Source of the DNA: a virus
Direction: 5' to 3' (one strand)
Length of the DNA stretch: 64,000 bases
Virus record (IMG/VR): IMGVR_UViG_3300025014_000002
Each line of letters opens with the position of its first letter. Positions within the stretch are counted from its first letter, which is position 1. The position numbers and the translations under genes were made by a program. The notes beneath the pieces were generated by a model. The model was given only the letters and a program-made list of their open reading frames with translations, had not been told where the DNA came from and ran no database searches. This document shows, piece after piece, positions 38,903 through 48,773 of the stretch.

Positions 38903-38910
38903 TATTTATG
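38903..38910 (-). promoter_or_regulatory. Late promoter motif CATAAATA immediately upstream of the mini-element
   Basis: Same motif as the other late promoters. Confidence 0.65.
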
Positions 38911-38921
38911 GTAATTTAAAT

Positions 38922-39455
38922 TTAGTAGTAATATTTTTCTAATCCATAAGGAAAAAATTTGTCATCAGATTGGGCTAAAAAATCTTTTAACCTGTAGCCG
39001 AAAACTTGGTTGTAATAAAATAGTGGGTTTAAAGTTGGTTGACGTTTTTCAACAAATACAAGATCGTCAGTCCCGTTGTATTTGATTATAAGAAGCATTT
39101 CTTTTTTGCTATTTCTAGCGTCCTGAGTTGCTTGCTTAATCCACGTGTCCCATTGTGCGACTTTACCCTTCACAATGGCAGCGAACGTGGGGCCTGCTTT
39201 ATAGTTTTTACACTCAACGGAGTATTTGAATCCATCTGGGCAAATCAAATCTCCAAAGTTAGCGTGGTTTAAATCATGTGTCACGACTCGGCGTTGATTT
39301 GAACCACCAAAAAATGAGCCAGAATCTGTATTCCTACGGAAAGCGGATGAAATTCCAGTTACCTTTTCGAAGCGAGATGATAGCAAGTTAGATATCTTGC
39401 GCTCATACGAGGAACCTTTACTTTTGCCGTTGACTTTAGGAGTTACTGTGCTCAT
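38922..39455 (-). CDS. Holliday junction resolvase-like PD-(D/E)XK nuclease
   Basis: KSKGSSYERKIS...GDLICPDGFKYSVECKNYK motif, next to recombination genes. Confidence 0.7.
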   Translation of the reverse strand: MSTVTPKVNGKSKGSSYERKISNLLSSRFEKVTGISSAFRRNTDSGSFFGGSNQRRVVTHDLNHANFGDLICPDGFKYSVECKNYKAGPTFAAIVKGKVAQWDTWIKQATQDARNSKKEMLLIIKYNGTDDLVFVEKRQPTLNPLFYYNQVFGYRLKDFLAQSDDKFFPYGLEKYYY

Positions 39456-39473
39456 CAGTATCTATTTAGTCTT

Positions 39474-39659
39474 TTACTTTGCAGACATCAGATTTTTCTT
39501 GTCCTGAATCTCACCGCGTCGCACTTTTGTGAGCTTGCCCAAGTCACCAAGAGCAGCCCTAGCTCTGGCGGCAGCCGCTTTCACGCCCTTTTCTTCAAAC
39601 TTAGCTGATTCTTCAAGATACGCTGCGTAAGCAGTTGCGATTTGTTCGTGTGTTGTCAT
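39474..39659 (-). CDS. Small basic DNA-binding protein, Hc1-like
   Basis: KFEEKGVKAAAARARAALGDLGKLTKVRRGEI resembles short Hc1-family proteins. Confidence 0.5.
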   Translation of the reverse strand: MTTHEQIATAYAAYLEESAKFEEKGVKAAAARARAALGDLGKLTKVRRGEIQDKKNLMSAK

Positions 39660-39716
39660 AATAAATACCCTTTGTTAAACTGATTTATCCTCGATTTAAT
39701 CGAGTGAAATATTTTT

Positions 39717-41516
39717 TCACTCAACTACTACTGCTTCTTCATTAGCATCTTCTGTGTCGTCAGTAATATACTGTGTAAACCCACCCTCTTTCTGGACCTT
39801 CAAAATGTTCCCGACACGACTGATAAGCTCATCCTTGTGTGAGATCAGCCAAATACTCTTCTGTGAATCTCGGGCCATCCGCTTGAGAACGCCCATTACG
39901 CTTTCAACGCCACTTGAGTCCAGCCCGTTGTCAATCATCTCATCAATGAACAGAAGGTTGACTGCCTCGTGTGCTGATTCCCATACGTCGCGGAACGACA
40001 GGCTCAACGATAAGATGACCCGTGTCATCTCACCGCGGCTAAGGTTGTAAAAATCAAGCTCACGGCCAAACTCTTCAATGCTGACTGTAAGATCACTCTG
40101 GAACACTACCGTGTGTGGTAGCCCTATTTTTTCAAGGTAGTAAGAGAGCCGTGCGTTGAGGTAGGTAAGATTCTGATCGATAATCCGTTTGCGGATGAAA
40201 CTGTCCTTGTTAGTGAGGAGCTTGAGCAGGAACTCTTGATGATCCTTGAGCTTTGAAGCAGCGTCAATGGTCGTATAGTCCACGACGATGAGTGCGGCCT
40301 CCTCCATCTCCTGGATCTGCTCACTGTATGGATTGACCTCACCAAGTTTGCCCTCGAGCTGCTGTGTGAGGTGCTGAACTGAGCTCTTATGATTATGAGC
40401 GTCAACGATTTTTTTGTAAAACGTGCTCTTTGCAGTCCCAACGCTCCCAATTGCCGCAATCTGCTCGTTTATCTTGACTTTTGCTTCCAAAAGTTCCACG
40501 ATCTGAGCCTCAGCCTCTTCCAACACCGCGATCTTACGCTTCAAGATCTCCTCTTGCTTGCCATCGTGCAAATCCTGCCCGCAAGCGTGGCACTTGTGAT
40601 CCTTGAGTGCTGTGATTTCTGCTGTAGTAGTGTCTCGTGTTCGCTCTTCGCGGGTAAGCTCTGTGGCAGTGCGAGTCAACGCTTTCTTATGATCGTCAAG
40701 TTTTTTCACTGCCAACGCTATCTCATCGTTAGCAGCGTGTGTATCAATCTCAGCATCAATGTCTACCTTGAGCAATTCTTCCAAAGAACTTGACAAATCA
40801 GCGATATCGACCTCATGTTTCGCTTCCCACTGTGCGCTACGCTTCTTGAGAGCGGCGACCTGCTCTTCTATTTTCTTGTTTGCCTCAACACACGCTTTGA
40901 TACGCTGTTCTTCTGCTGAAATCGTGTCCTTGGTAGCGCGAATCTGCTCTTTAAGAGCATCCGACTTCTCACTCAGCACTGTTATGCCAAGCAACTGCTC
41001 AATGATTGTGCGTTGATCGTTAGCTCTGAGGCTCAAGAACGGTTCAGTGTAAGTGTTCAACGCGACCACATTCTTGAACATATCATGCGACATACCTAAG
41101 ATACGATCAATCTCAGCCTGGGTCTCACGAGAATCACCTTGAGCATCATCATCCTGCGCTGCAAACGCGACATCTCCCTTGTAAAACTTCAAGACATTGG
41201 GTTTACGCCCGCGTTCAATCCTGTAAGTGACCCCATCCTTAACAAAGTCAATCGTAGCAAGCATGCCCTTAGCATTAGTCCGGTTGATCAAGTTGTCACG
41301 ACGAATGTCGTTTATTGCCTGCCCAAACAAGGCATAACTCAAAGCGTTAACGATAACAGACTTACCAGCCCCATTACGTGACCCAGCATCATCACCGCCT
41401 AAGTCTAAGTTTTCACCCAACACCAAAGTTAAATCTTTTCTATCAAAGTTTATAGCCTGGGTATTATTCCCAACTGACATGAAATTTTTTGTAGTGAGAT
41501 TTTTTATCGTAAACAA
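39717..41516 (-). CDS. gp46: Recombination endonuclease ATPase subunit (gp46/Rad50/SbcC-like)
   Basis: Walker A NGAGKS, zinc hook CHAC, signature LSRGE, Walker B LLFIDE. Confidence 0.92.
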   Translation of the reverse strand: MFTIKNLTTKNFMSVGNNTQAINFDRKDLTLVLGENLDLGGDDAGSRNGAGKSVIVNALSYALFGQAINDIRRDNLINRTNAKGMLATIDFVKDGVTYRIERGRKPNVLKFYKGDVAFAAQDDDAQGDSRETQAEIDRILGMSHDMFKNVVALNTYTEPFLSLRANDQRTIIEQLLGITVLSEKSDALKEQIRATKDTISAEEQRIKACVEANKKIEEQVAALKKRSAQWEAKHEVDIADLSSSLEELLKVDIDAEIDTHAANDEIALAVKKLDDHKKALTRTATELTREERTRDTTTAEITALKDHKCHACGQDLHDGKQEEILKRKIAVLEEAEAQIVELLEAKVKINEQIAAIGSVGTAKSTFYKKIVDAHNHKSSVQHLTQQLEGKLGEVNPYSEQIQEMEEAALIVVDYTTIDAASKLKDHQEFLLKLLTNKDSFIRKRIIDQNLTYLNARLSYYLEKIGLPHTVVFQSDLTVSIEEFGRELDFYNLSRGEMTRVILSLSLSFRDVWESAHEAVNLLFIDEMIDNGLDSSGVESVMGVLKRMARDSQKSIWLISHKDELISRVGNILKVQKEGGFTQYITDDTEDANEEAVVVE

Positions 41517-41518
41517 TT

Positions 41519-42535
41519 TTAGAGATTCCTGTAAATATCAATCAACACTTTTGGATCGTAATGATCGCTTTTAATCTGCGAAATTTCAGCGTTAACAATC
41601 TGATCCACTGATAAAAACTGAATACTACCTGGCGTTACAACATCTGAGGACACATCTTTTTTCACTGGAATCATCGTAAGCTCTCGCAGTTTATAAGTGT
41701 CAACAAAAGTTTCCTTCACAAAAGTAGCCTCTTCATAACTAATGTCAATGTCCAAGTTAACACGGACATGCATTTTTGGCTTCAAAATAGTTTCAGCCTT
41801 GTTCAAGAGGTGGCTAAGTTGGTAGATACGATATCTGGGCTGATCTGGCCACGAAAAATATTCTGGCTCCCCACCCCACTCTAACACCATACACCCACGC
41901 TCATCGTCTCCGACATCACTGTAGTTATGCGGGAAACAGTTGCCAATGTAGTTTATATTCTTTCCATTTTGCCGTTTATGAAAGTGCCCGCTAAACACTT
42001 GCTCGACACCTTTGAAATGATCCTGCTGTATTTCACCATGATCCGGCATCTGAATTTGCGCATTCATATAGAAATGCGGCAACTCAAAGTGTCCAAAACA
42101 ATATTTGGCATTGATCTTTTCAATTTTCTTATGTTCGTCTTTAACTAGCCACGGAACAATGCTTACATCACTGTCTTTAAAAAACTCATTGACAATGGTA
42201 ATGTTTGGGATATGCCTAGCCCACTCGGCTGATTGAATATCGCGACGATCTCTGAAAAATTGATCATGGTTTCCTGGTATAAAAAACACTTGAGAGAAAT
42301 TTTCTCCGAGAAGTTCTAATATCTTTACAGCATAGGTCATAGTTCGGATATTCATACTTGCACGGTTGTTATGATAATCGCCAAGGAAGAAACAAGTCTC
42401 ACAGTTTTCTTTTTTTGCGGTCTCGATAAACCAATTTACAAATTCAAGACAGTCATTATTGTGGGCTTCACTATTTGATTTCAAACCTAGATGCAAATCA
42501 GTAAAGACAATCGCTTTTTTAAATAAATTACTCAT
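41519..42535 (-). CDS. gp47: Recombination endonuclease nuclease subunit (gp47/Mre11/SbcD-like)
   Basis: Metallophosphoesterase motifs FTDLHLG, FLGDYHN, IPGNHD, FGHFE, SGHFH. Confidence 0.92.
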   Translation of the reverse strand: MSNLFKKAIVFTDLHLGLKSNSEAHNNDCLEFVNWFIETAKKENCETCFFLGDYHNNRASMNIRTMTYAVKILELLGENFSQVFFIPGNHDQFFRDRRDIQSAEWARHIPNITIVNEFFKDSDVSIVPWLVKDEHKKIEKINAKYCFGHFELPHFYMNAQIQMPDHGEIQQDHFKGVEQVFSGHFHKRQNGKNINYIGNCFPHNYSDVGDDERGCMVLEWGGEPEYFSWPDQPRYRIYQLSHLLNKAETILKPKMHVRVNLDIDISYEEATFVKETFVDTYKLRELTMIPVKKDVSSDVVTPGSIQFLSVDQIVNAEISQIKSDHYDPKVLIDIYRNL

Positions 42536-42543
42536 ACGCTATT

Positions 42544-44301
42544 TTAAACTCGTTGGTTAGTGAAAGCAAATACAATTTGCCCAGAATCAAACGCACGATA
42601 GAATCCATTTTGATTCATATTTTCTACTTCAGATTTTTGCGGATCAAAAACAAGAAGTTTGTCTTTTAACTTATGTTTTTGCCAAGCATTTCTTGATCCC
42701 ACTAGCCTACCTGCTTTTGTATACACATATCCTGGAGCAGTAGTATGAGTTGCAGTAAATCCGCAAGCAGAATACACACGGCCAGAACTAAATCTGCGGT
42801 GACAATAACTGATCATTGTTTCATCATCTTTCATTTGTGCTGAAATAAAGTGTTTGATCAATTTTGATGCCCCACCAATAACAGCATATTTTTTCTTAGC
42901 AGATAACCTAAGTAACTCGTAAGATGCTTTTTTTGTGAATCTACTTTTACCAAAGGTGGCGACCATAAATAATTCTCCATTCTCATTTATTAGCCCGTAG
43001 TTCACGCTACTGACACAGTCGCCTTGAATATGATTTTGATCCAGAAACTCTCTTTTGCTTTCACTGTTGAGGCTGATTAGTGACAACTTTCTTGCGAAAA
43101 CTTTGGTTGACAATTTCATCAGGTGTTCAATCCTGCTGATGATAATATCCCATTTGTCATTCAACTCCCAATCCCAAAACTGCATTAGCGTAATTCCAGC
43201 TTTTTCAGAAGCAATGATTTTGTTTAAATGATAACTTTGACTTTTGACAAACTGCTCTGAATGCCAATATCCCCCATTCACTTCAATTCCTAACTTAAAA
43301 TCTGGAAAATACACATCAACTTCTTTTGGAGATATAACACTTCTATTATGGAGTTCAACTGAAATATTTTTTGATTCAAAGTAACTTTTGAACTTACGTT
43401 CCAGTTCGGTTGCGGTATGAGCTACAATGGGCAAACTATGCTTATGAAAGTATTTGTTTAGATTACTACTGCTTACACCTAGCTCAGACGCGAGCTCGCC
43501 GATTGTCTTCACTAGATTTGATGATGCAAGCCAGTCTGCGTTATTTAATTTTTCTAAAACAGATGGGGCATAATAGTTACTTTTCCTGGTATCTCCAGCC
43601 TTAGCTGCGAGGTTTGCATTTTGTAGTGGAACTTTAACTCCATATCTACTTAAATTAGTGGCAGCAACTTTATCACGAATTTCAGGGCAGCTCAACACAT
43701 TTTCCTTGCCATATTTTGTCAAGTTAGCTGCTTTGATTTTCTCTTTAACATCTGCTCTTTGAAAATTTGAAGCAACACCATATTTTTCAATAGTAATTTG
43801 CTCGATTCTTTCTTTAACATTCTTGCTCTGTGCTGGATATGCTACTCCAAACTTTTTAACATTTGAAGAAATAACACGGTCATGAAACTCTTGTGTTTGA
43901 CTATAGTGAGTGGTCCCAAATTTTCTTAAAGACGCTTCAATGATTTTCTCACTATGATCTCCACGCTGCGATGCCCACTCTACCCCATATTTTTTTAAGT
44001 TAGTAGCTTTATTTTTTTCAACCGAGTGTAATCCAGCACATTTTGAACAGCAAAACTTACGATATGCTCTATCGTCTGGATTCCATTTTAACTTATTTCC
44101 GCAAATACACAGTGGTATTTCACCAATATCATTGCTAGCATGAAAAATAAGTTGTCTGGGATTCAAAATTCCATAGTCATAATAATTTTTAAAGATAGAA
44201 TCCCATAACTCTGAATCTATTAGATGCTTTAGGGATAAGTATTTTCTATCTTGAAAGTCTTTAATCGTAATCGCCAGTTGAGTCATAGCTTTGATTGCCA
44301 C
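42544..44301 (-). CDS. Hef-like PD-(D/E)XK homing endonuclease with KYG repeats and GNAT/Mom-like C-terminus
   Basis: Six NLxKYGV-type repeats; EVDVYFPDFKLGIEVNGGYWHS; start overlaps the 3' end of gp55. Confidence 0.7.
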   Translation of the reverse strand: MAIKAMTQLAITIKDFQDRKYLSLKHLIDSELWDSIFKNYYDYGILNPRQLIFHASNDIGEIPLCICGNKLKWNPDDRAYRKFCCSKCAGLHSVEKNKATNLKKYGVEWASQRGDHSEKIIEASLRKFGTTHYSQTQEFHDRVISSNVKKFGVAYPAQSKNVKERIEQITIEKYGVASNFQRADVKEKIKAANLTKYGKENVLSCPEIRDKVAATNLSRYGVKVPLQNANLAAKAGDTRKSNYYAPSVLEKLNNADWLASSNLVKTIGELASELGVSSSNLNKYFHKHSLPIVAHTATELERKFKSYFESKNISVELHNRSVISPKEVDVYFPDFKLGIEVNGGYWHSEQFVKSQSYHLNKIIASEKAGITLMQFWDWELNDKWDIIISRIEHLMKLSTKVFARKLSLISLNSESKREFLDQNHIQGDCVSSVNYGLINENGELFMVATFGKSRFTKKASYELLRLSAKKKYAVIGGASKLIKHFISAQMKDDETMISYCHRRFSSGRVYSACGFTATHTTAPGYVYTKAGRLVGSRNAWQKHKLKDKLLVFDPQKSEVENMNQNGFYRAFDSGQIVFAFTNQRV

Positions 44302-45280
44302 CCATCCCTTGCCGAGTATAAGATGGGTTTAGTGAGTTCATTTCCAAAATATCGTCTCTAATATTTTGATTCTGCTTTTCTATATTTAGTATCCTTGTAA
44401 AGCTATTAGTGATAGCTGATGTGTAATACGCAAATGGATTCTGCGATTTTGATTCATCAAACTGTAGCCCAACCTGTGTAAGTTGAAGGATAGCCTGCGC
44501 TTGCATTTCGTCACGGTATGAGTAACCGCGCCAGTTTGATCTTGTAACATACCTCTCGCATAGCTTCATATACATAGTGGCGAGTTTGTTGGTAATCTGC
44601 CCATGCGTCCTGCAAAACTCTCCAGTATTGATGTCACCTTGCCAATGACTTTTACCAACTAACTGCGGAACCAAGTTGTCGTCTAGCTTGTAATGCTGAA
44701 ATGATGGAAAGTTTACCTTGACATACTTTTTCGGTGTTGGAGTAGCTAATGCTGCTGGCAAATCAACATCCAGCTCGCCCAATCCGTCGTCAAAAATTTC
44801 TGGATCATCAATAACTGATTCGACCTTTCCTTTGACCTTGTTACCCTTTATGATTTTCGGAACAGTAGGAGCAGCAAGTGGTATATGATTCCATGTCATC
44901 AGCCGAAAAATAACATCTTGCGGTTTAATACTGTCGACAGATACAACAGCCAGCTCGTTTCTAGGTTTTTTACCTGCCATAAGCTCAAGTTCTTGAGATA
45001 TTCGAGTAAGACGAGTTGCCCTAGCAGCAAGTGCTTCTGGCGGAAAAGTAGCAGTAACTGATTCTGACTCGCCTGTGTCCTCATCAACAATAATGCGAGT
45101 TTCAGTTTTTTCTTTTAACAATCCTGGAATGTCAGCTAAATCACGTATAATAATATCGTAATCAGCGTATTCGGGTTTAGTAAAGATACAGTATGTGGTT
45201 TTGCTTTTGTGAATCTCTTTAAGAATGTCTTTGTTGTTCAGATAGTTTATTTTTTTAGTTGGTACGATTAGTGATGACAT
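44261..45280 (-). CDS. gp55: Late transcription sigma factor (gp55-like)
   Basis: NYLNNKDILKEI, NWRGYSYRDEM, FDESKSQNPFAYYT...NSFTRILNIEK motifs. Confidence 0.85.
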   Translation of the reverse strand: MSSLIVPTKKINYLNNKDILKEIHKSKTTYCIFTKPEYADYDIIIRDLADIPGLLKEKTETRIIVDEDTGESESVTATFPPEALAARATRLTRISQELELMAGKKPRNELAVVSVDSIKPQDVIFRLMTWNHIPLAAPTVPKIIKGNKVKGKVESVIDDPEIFDDGLGELDVDLPAALATPTPKKYVKVNFPSFQHYKLDDNLVPQLVGKSHWQGDINTGEFCRTHGQITNKLATMYMKLCERYVTRSNWRGYSYRDEMQAQAILQLTQVGLQFDESKSQNPFAYYTSAITNSFTRILNIEKQNQNIRDDILEMNSLNPSYTRQGMGGNQSYDSTGDYD

Positions 45281-45317
45281 GAGACACGGTCCTTTAATAT
45301 ACTACTATTTTAACAAA

Positions 45318-45325
45318 GATAAATA
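45318..45325 (+). promoter_or_regulatory. Late promoter motif GATAAATA heading the baseplate operon
   Basis: In the divergent intergenic region between gp55 and the 45387 gene. Confidence 0.65.
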
Positions 45326-45386
45326 TCATATAGCAAGCGAAATGATATGACAACTACCACCTTTTTACTAACTTTGACGAATAACT

Positions 45387-46517
45387 ATGGCAAATGAAGA
45401 AACATCAGCTATAGCTAGCCCAAACTCTCCAGCAGATCCGTTTATTGCTGAAGATCCATATGAGGTGGCAAAGGGTAGCGGATACTCTGATGCAAGGGTG
45501 TTAACCGACGACCAAAAAACTTGGATAGGTGGTGCTGATCCGAATGATCCTTATATCATGGCTAGGATGGAGGGAAGCTCTTTCACTTCAAGTGACAGTC
45601 TTAAAAATATGGGATCTAGCTTAGGCGGAGGTATAACCACGCTTGGAGCAAATATTAAAAATGGTATTTCAGATTCTGTCGCCAACATTGGTAATGGGAT
45701 ATCAAACGTTAAAAATAAAGTAGCAGCACTATTTACTCCAGGAAGCCCTGCCGCAGCGAACGCAGCGCAATCGTTAATCAAAGGATCTGGGGTAAGCGGC
45801 GCACTTTCTGCAGTATCAAACATCTCTGCTGGAAGGATACAAGCAGGCGGCGTTCCAATTCCGTCTACACTATCGGCCCCGTCCGACGCAGTAGCTAAGT
45901 GGTCTAACCCAGATGGAAGTACCAGTGGCTCTGCCGGCAGCAACTCTGATGATTGGAGATTAAAAGTCTCGCTGTTTGATCCGTCATTATTCAGTGGCGG
46001 GGTACTTATACCACTTGAAAAAACGGGCGGTTTTATATTTCCTGTAACTCCACAAATTAATATAACTCACACTGCCAAATATTCATCACTATCACCTACC
46101 CATAGCAACTATGCTATGCAGTTTTTTGAAAGTAGTGAAGTAGCTGCAATACAAATAACTGGTGAGTTTCCAGTTCAAAGCACTGAAGACGGGGCATACC
46201 TACTAGCTGGGTTATACTTGTTTAGGGCAGCTACTAAAATGTTTTGGGGAAACGATGCTTTGGCCGGAACTCCGCCCCCAATGTTAAAACTATCTGGGTA
46301 TGGGGCTGAATATTTTCCAAACGTGCCTTGTGTATTGACCTCAATGCAACACACTATGCCCGAGGACAAAGATTACATTAATGTTGACGGAACTTGGATT
46401 CCAACGCTAAGTACACTAACTATTACACTGCAACCACTATACAGCAGAAATGCAATGACTAGTTTTGATTTAAAGCAATTTGCTGCTGGCGGGTTACTTG
46501 GGAAAGGATTCATTTAA
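45387..46517 (+). CDS. Baseplate/tail-tube initiator-like protein
   Basis: GFIFPVTPQI...HSNY...ITGEF...GTPPPMLKLSGYG...PCVLTS resembles contractile-tail tube-initiator proteins; first gene of the baseplate operon. Confidence 0.55.
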   Translation: MANEETSAIASPNSPADPFIAEDPYEVAKGSGYSDARVLTDDQKTWIGGADPNDPYIMARMEGSSFTSSDSLKNMGSSLGGGITTLGANIKNGISDSVANIGNGISNVKNKVAALFTPGSPAAANAAQSLIKGSGVSGALSAVSNISAGRIQAGGVPIPSTLSAPSDAVAKWSNPDGSTSGSAGSNSDDWRLKVSLFDPSLFSGGVLIPLEKTGGFIFPVTPQINITHTAKYSSLSPTHSNYAMQFFESSEVAAIQITGEFPVQSTEDGAYLLAGLYLFRAATKMFWGNDALAGTPPPMLKLSGYGAEYFPNVPCVLTSMQHTMPEDKDYINVDGTWIPTLSTLTITLQPLYSRNAMTSFDLKQFAAGGLLGKGFI

Positions 46518-46822
46518 TGGCTACCGTGGCATATTCCAAATTTAGTCCATACGCAAAAACAAAATTGTTTGGGCAATTTCTAGACGTAATGGTCCCTAGA
46601 AATATAACGCAACTAAAATCTGATAAATCCTACACGATTGCTAAAATATATGATTATCGTCCTGATTTACTTGCCTACGATTTATATGGTGATACTAGAT
46701 TGTGGTGGGTATTTGCAATGAGAAACCCAGATGTTCTTAAAGACCCGCTATTTGATTTTACTGTTGGTAATACTATAATTTTGCCAGATAAAGCTACTCT
46801 TTTCACTGATTTAGGAATTTAA
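46517..46822 (+). CDS. Baseplate wedge protein (gp53/LysM-like)
   Basis: YDYRPDLLAYDLYGDTRLWWVFAMRN motif. Confidence 0.75.
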   Translation: MATVAYSKFSPYAKTKLFGQFLDVMVPRNITQLKSDKSYTIAKIYDYRPDLLAYDLYGDTRLWWVFAMRNPDVLKDPLFDFTVGNTIILPDKATLFTDLGI

Positions 46823-46823
46823 T

Positions 46824-48770
46824 GTGGCTGATAGAAATGTTTTGCATGATTATGCTACCTACACTTACCGATTAAGTTTACACGCAATAAGTCCTTCTAA
46901 ATATAATGATTTAGTTGATTCACCAGATGGGTACAAACCCACTAATGTTTTAATTTCCAGTGGTGGTGCTCGTGGTAGCAGTTTCCCGCGTGACCCAAAT
47001 TTCCATGAGGATTTTTACTTTGACAAACTTTCAATAGAAACTGTAACTGGGATGAGTGCTACTACTAGAAATACTAATGCTATCACTCTTAATTTTACAA
47101 TTATTGAACCATATGGGCTTACCTTACTCAATCGTATTATTGATGTAGCAAGCAGCCTTGGTGCTGAGAATTTTAAAACAATGCCGTTTATACTGCAAAT
47201 TGATTTTTTTGGTTCTAAAGATGACGGGATTCCGACACAAATAACTGATATAACTAAAAGGATACCGATACGGTTTCTTGAATTTAAAATGAAGGTTACT
47301 AATAAAGGTGGGGTTTATGAAATATCTGCAACACCGTATGGCCACACTGCTTTTGAGGAGACTGCGGTCACTACTCCCGTTAAACTTGAAGTAATGGCCA
47401 AAACAATTGGTGAATTTTTTAATGCCCATGCTCACGATCCTGGCAATTTAGCTCAAGTTGGTGAAGTAGTTTCTAAACGTGTTGCTTTGCAAAATGCAGT
47501 CACTAGCGCTCAACGATCTCAACGATCAACTCTCAATGATTCTGCTGCATCAGCAAGAGTAGAAAAATCTAAAAAAGATTTAGCTGCTTTTGTTGGAGTA
47601 ACTCCGGCACCAGTTCAAATCACTAGTTATGCGGAAGCCGTAAATAAGTGGAATGATACCTTGCAGTTAGAAGGATTAATTGAGGTAGCGGATGTTATAT
47701 CTTTTGAAGTTGATAAATCTTTCAAAGATTCAACTTTCCCTAAAGCAGCTGAAATTGCTAAAGATGCCATCGAAATGAAGCAAACTACTGATAAACAAAC
47801 TGGGGTAGCAACAGCAAGGCATACAGCCGAAGGTGATGAAGTTCTTATTCCAATTAATCAAGGTACATCGGTAACTGAGGTAATTGGTATTGCAATGCGA
47901 AACAGTAAGTACATACGCGATCAAGTTTCTGAAGAGCCGACAAATAAGACTGGGTTTATAGATTGGTTCAAGATTATTCCAAAAGTTAAATTGCGCGCTT
48001 ACGATAAAATTCGCAAAACTTTTGCTAAAGAGTACATTTATGTTATAAAAAAATTTAAAGCGCCAAACACTGAAAACAGATTTGCTGCAAAAACAACTCC
48101 AACCAAATCAGTTAAAGATTACAACTACATTTTTACTGGTAAAAATGATGATGTAATAGATTTAGACATGACGTTTGATACAACTTATTTTACTGTTGAC
48201 TCGGCTAAAAATACAAATTTGAATAATGTGAATGGAACACCAACCTCAGATAAGAAAGGGACCGACGAAAAGTCAAAATCCGCGAATTATAAAGATAGTA
48301 AGCCTGGGCAAAGCAATGAAAATGATGCTCTCAAGCCACAGCTTCATTACTCTGCCAACTCAGCGTCCACCGCGTCAAACGAGTTAAACTCGACTGAAAG
48401 AAAGGTTGGTGAACTTCAAGCTCAGATGTTATCTAGTGCCGCGGGTGATATGCTTAGTGTTGATTTAAAAATAATAGGCGACCCTGCGTTCATTAAGCAA
48501 GATGATATTTTACATACATTAGCATCTGGAGAAACTACTACTGACGGTGGAATCGTCACTGACAATGAAGAAATTTATTGTAACTTAACTTTTTTAACCC
48601 CGAGCGATTATGATGATTCAACCGGGTTAGAAGATCCAAAACAATCGAAATATACTTCAAGTGTATTTTCAGGGTATTATAAAGTTCTTACCGTTACAAG
48701 CGAATTTCAACGTGGACAGTTTACTCAAACTCTGCATTTAGTTAGATCACCAATACAACCAGAAAAATAA
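46824..48770 (+). CDS. Baseplate hub protein (gp27-like)
   Basis: FTIIEPYG, LKIIGDPAFIKQ, FSGYYKVLTVTSEFQRGQFTQTL; lies between gp53-like and gp5-like genes. Confidence 0.6.
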   Translation: MADRNVLHDYATYTYRLSLHAISPSKYNDLVDSPDGYKPTNVLISSGGARGSSFPRDPNFHEDFYFDKLSIETVTGMSATTRNTNAITLNFTIIEPYGLTLLNRIIDVASSLGAENFKTMPFILQIDFFGSKDDGIPTQITDITKRIPIRFLEFKMKVTNKGGVYEISATPYGHTAFEETAVTTPVKLEVMAKTIGEFFNAHAHDPGNLAQVGEVVSKRVALQNAVTSAQRSQRSTLNDSAASARVEKSKKDLAAFVGVTPAPVQITSYAEAVNKWNDTLQLEGLIEVADVISFEVDKSFKDSTFPKAAEIAKDAIEMKQTTDKQTGVATARHTAEGDEVLIPINQGTSVTEVIGIAMRNSKYIRDQVSEEPTNKTGFIDWFKIIPKVKLRAYDKIRKTFAKEYIYVIKKFKAPNTENRFAAKTTPTKSVKDYNYIFTGKNDDVIDLDMTFDTTYFTVDSAKNTNLNNVNGTPTSDKKGTDEKSKSANYKDSKPGQSNENDALKPQLHYSANSASTASNELNSTERKVGELQAQMLSSAAGDMLSVDLKIIGDPAFIKQDDILHTLASGETTTDGGIVTDNEEIYCNLTFLTPSDYDDSTGLEDPKQSKYTSSVFSGYYKVLTVTSEFQRGQFTQTLHLVRSPIQPEK

Positions 48771-48773
48771 TTT

